From Candidatus Eiseniibacteriota bacterium (GTDB taxonomy: Bacteria; Eisenbacteria; RBG-16-71-46), in NCBI GenBank assembly GCA_044222065.1, contig JBGAOA010000083.1, positions 1 through 16,596 on the forward strand: a stretch of DNA of 16,596 nt, given 5' to 3'. The position numbers were made by a program, and so were the translations under genes. The notes beneath the pieces are model-generated. The model saw only the letters and a list, made by a program, of their open reading frames with translations. It was not told the origin of the DNA and made no database searches. This document shows, piece after piece, positions 15,231-16,596 of the stretch (position 1 is its first letter; every line of letters starts with the position of its first letter).

Positions 15231-15965
15231 GTGGATCCGGCCCTCGACGCGGCGCTCGATCGCGCGCGTGCGCGGCTGCGGGACGCGCGCCGGGTCTTCG
15301 TGCTCACCGGCGCGGGTGTCTCCGCCGAGAGCGGCGTGCCGACCTTCCGCGGCGCCGGCGGACTGTGGCGCGGCGTCCGCCCCGAGACGCTCGCGACGCC
15401 CGAGGCGTTCGCGCGCGACCCCGAGGGCGTGTGGGCGTGGTACGCGTGGCGGCGCGAGCGCGTCGCGGCCGCGGCGCCGAACGCGGCGCACGCGGCGCTC
15501 GTCGCGCTCGAAGCGCGCTGCGAGTCGTTCCTGCTCGCGACCCAGAACGTGGACGGGCTGCACGAGCGCGCGGGCAGCCGCGAAGTGCTGAGGCTTCACG
15601 GCAGCCTGTGGCGCGTGCGCTGCACGCGCTGCGGCGACGAGCGCGACGACCGGCGCGTGCCGCTGCCCGAAGGCGTGCCGCGCTGCGGCTGCGGCGGCGC
15701 GCTGCGCCCCGCGGTCGTGTGGTTCGGCGAAGCGCTTCCCGCGGGCGCGATCGAACGCGCGGCGGAGGCCGCGCGCACCGCGGACGTCGCGCTCGTCGTC
15801 GGGACGTCGGCCGTCGTGTGGCCCGCGGCGGGACTCGGCGAGGCCGCGCTCGAGGCCGGCGTGCCGCTCGTCGAAGTCAATCCCGAGCGCACCGCCTACT
15901 CGGACCGCGCGCTGTCGCTGTGCGGTCCGGCGGCCGAACTGCTGCCGCGGATCGTCGCGGCCTGA
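15231..15965 (+). CDS. cobB: NAD-dependent protein deacylase, Sir2/CobB class III, 244 aa
   Basis: TGAGVSAESGVPTFRG, WYAWRR, PNAAH, TQNVDGLH, LHGS, CTRC...CGC, RPAVVWFGE, GTS, VNP. Starts 7 nt after the cupin stop. Confidence 0.95.
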   Translation: MDPALDAALDRARARLRDARRVFVLTGAGVSAESGVPTFRGAGGLWRGVRPETLATPEAFARDPEGVWAWYAWRRERVAAAAPNAAHAALVALEARCESFLLATQNVDGLHERAGSREVLRLHGSLWRVRCTRCGDERDDRRVPLPEGVPRCGCGGALRPAVVWFGEALPAGAIERAAEAARTADVALVVGTSAVVWPAAGLGEAALEAGVPLVEVNPERTAYSDRALSLCGPAAELLPRIVAA

Positions 15966-15968
15966 GGG

Positions 15969-16596
15969 TCAGCGCCCGGGCGCTTCGGGCCCGAGGAAGC
16001 GCGCGAGCGAGTCCGGCACGAGCGTCGAGTCGCGCAGCGCCGAGTCCCCGAGCGCGAACGCGACCGAGTCGGCGGCGTCGCCGAACCAGATGCGCAGCCA
16101 GTCGCGCGCGTGGTCGCGGTCGCACACGAGCCGCCGCGTCGCGAGCTTCGGCAGCAGCGCGTTGATGCGGCGCGGGCATTCGGCGCGGGCGAGCCGGCCG
16201 GTCCAGGCGTCGATCGTGATGCGCTCGTGGGCGGGCGTCTCGGGAAACGACGAGGGCGGCGCGTTCGCGAGCAGGCGGCGCACGAGCCGGCCCCACACCG
16301 GCACCGCGCTCCCCGACGAGCTGCGCGCGAGGCTCCTCGGATCGTCGTAGCCCACCCACACCGCGGCGAGGATCTCGGGCGTGAAGCCGACGAACCAGCC
16401 GTCGTGCTCGTCGTTCGTCGTGCCGGTCTTGCCCGCGAGCGCGCGCTCGGCGCCGAGCCACACGCGCGCGCCGCCGCCGGTGCCGGTCTGCACGACGCCC
16501 TCCATCATGCCGCGCACGAGCAGCGCGGTCTCGGGGCGGAACACGGGCCGCGTCGCGGGCGCGCGCAGCGCGATCGGGCGGCCGCGCGGGCGCGCG
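15969..16596 (-). CDS. C-terminal part of a penicillin-binding protein (class A, PBP1A-like transpeptidase); partial, 5' end outside window
   Basis: MMEGVVQTGTG, AGKTGTTN (KTG motif), DGWFVGFTP, VWVGYD, AVPVW, ID..TG.LA...CP. Frame stays open to the window edge. Confidence 0.9.
   Translation of the reverse strand, partial: ARPRGRPIALRAPATRPVFRPETALLVRGMMEGVVQTGTGGGARVWLGAERALAGKTGTTNDEHDGWFVGFTPEILAAVWVGYDDPRSLARSSSGSAVPVWGRLVRRLLANAPPSSFPETPAHERITIDAWTGRLARAECPRRINALLPKLATRRLVCDRDHARDWLRIWFGDAADSVAFALGDSALRDSTLVPDSLARFLGPEAPGR

Noticed and set aside
15231..15965. Sir2 gene as an anti-phage NADase (Thoeris/DSR/Sir2-HerA type)
   Set aside because: It is a compact class III CobB with a Zn-binding module and no defence partner genes nearby.
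2198..16461. Other long overlapping ORFs (e.g. 2198-3481, 4665-6443, 7342-8895, 8784-10787, 8995-10866, 12857-14455)
   Set aside because: Off-frame or antisense to genes with clear family motifs; Arg/Ala/Pro-rich composition typical of stop-poor GC-rich DNA.

Overview
Very GC-rich bacterial DNA (roughly 70-75% by eye, not computed), densely coding, with 13 likely protein genes, two of them cut by the window edges. In order: a secreted TPR protein with an anthrax-lethal-factor/PPEP-1-like zinc protease domain (minus strand, 3' end outside the window, absent from the ORF track), POT/PTR peptide transporter, exported beta-carbonic anhydrase, RluE-like pseudouridine synthase, GT87/DUF2029-like membrane glycosyltransferase, a 121-bp MITE-like element, exported MsrA, a secreted Cys-rich protein with a C-terminal FlgD-Ig/T9SS-type-A-like domain, OPT-family transporter, a secreted beta-propeller-like hypothetical protein, Fpg/Nei (Fpg2-like) glycosylase, ECF sigma factor, cupin, CobB sirtuin and the 3' end of a class A PBP. 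The FlgD-Ig tail plus high GC suggests an FCB-associated lineage such as Candidatus Eisenbacteria or Latescibacterota (inference only). The best leads are the TPR/lethal-factor-like protease just downstream of a peptide importer, the MITE inserted in a stop codon with a possible G.A-paired interior, and a shared GC-TANNNT-GCCGCGCC-RTG leaderless-type promoter. I saw no CRISPR array, rRNA, tRNA, transposase or recognisable defence system.
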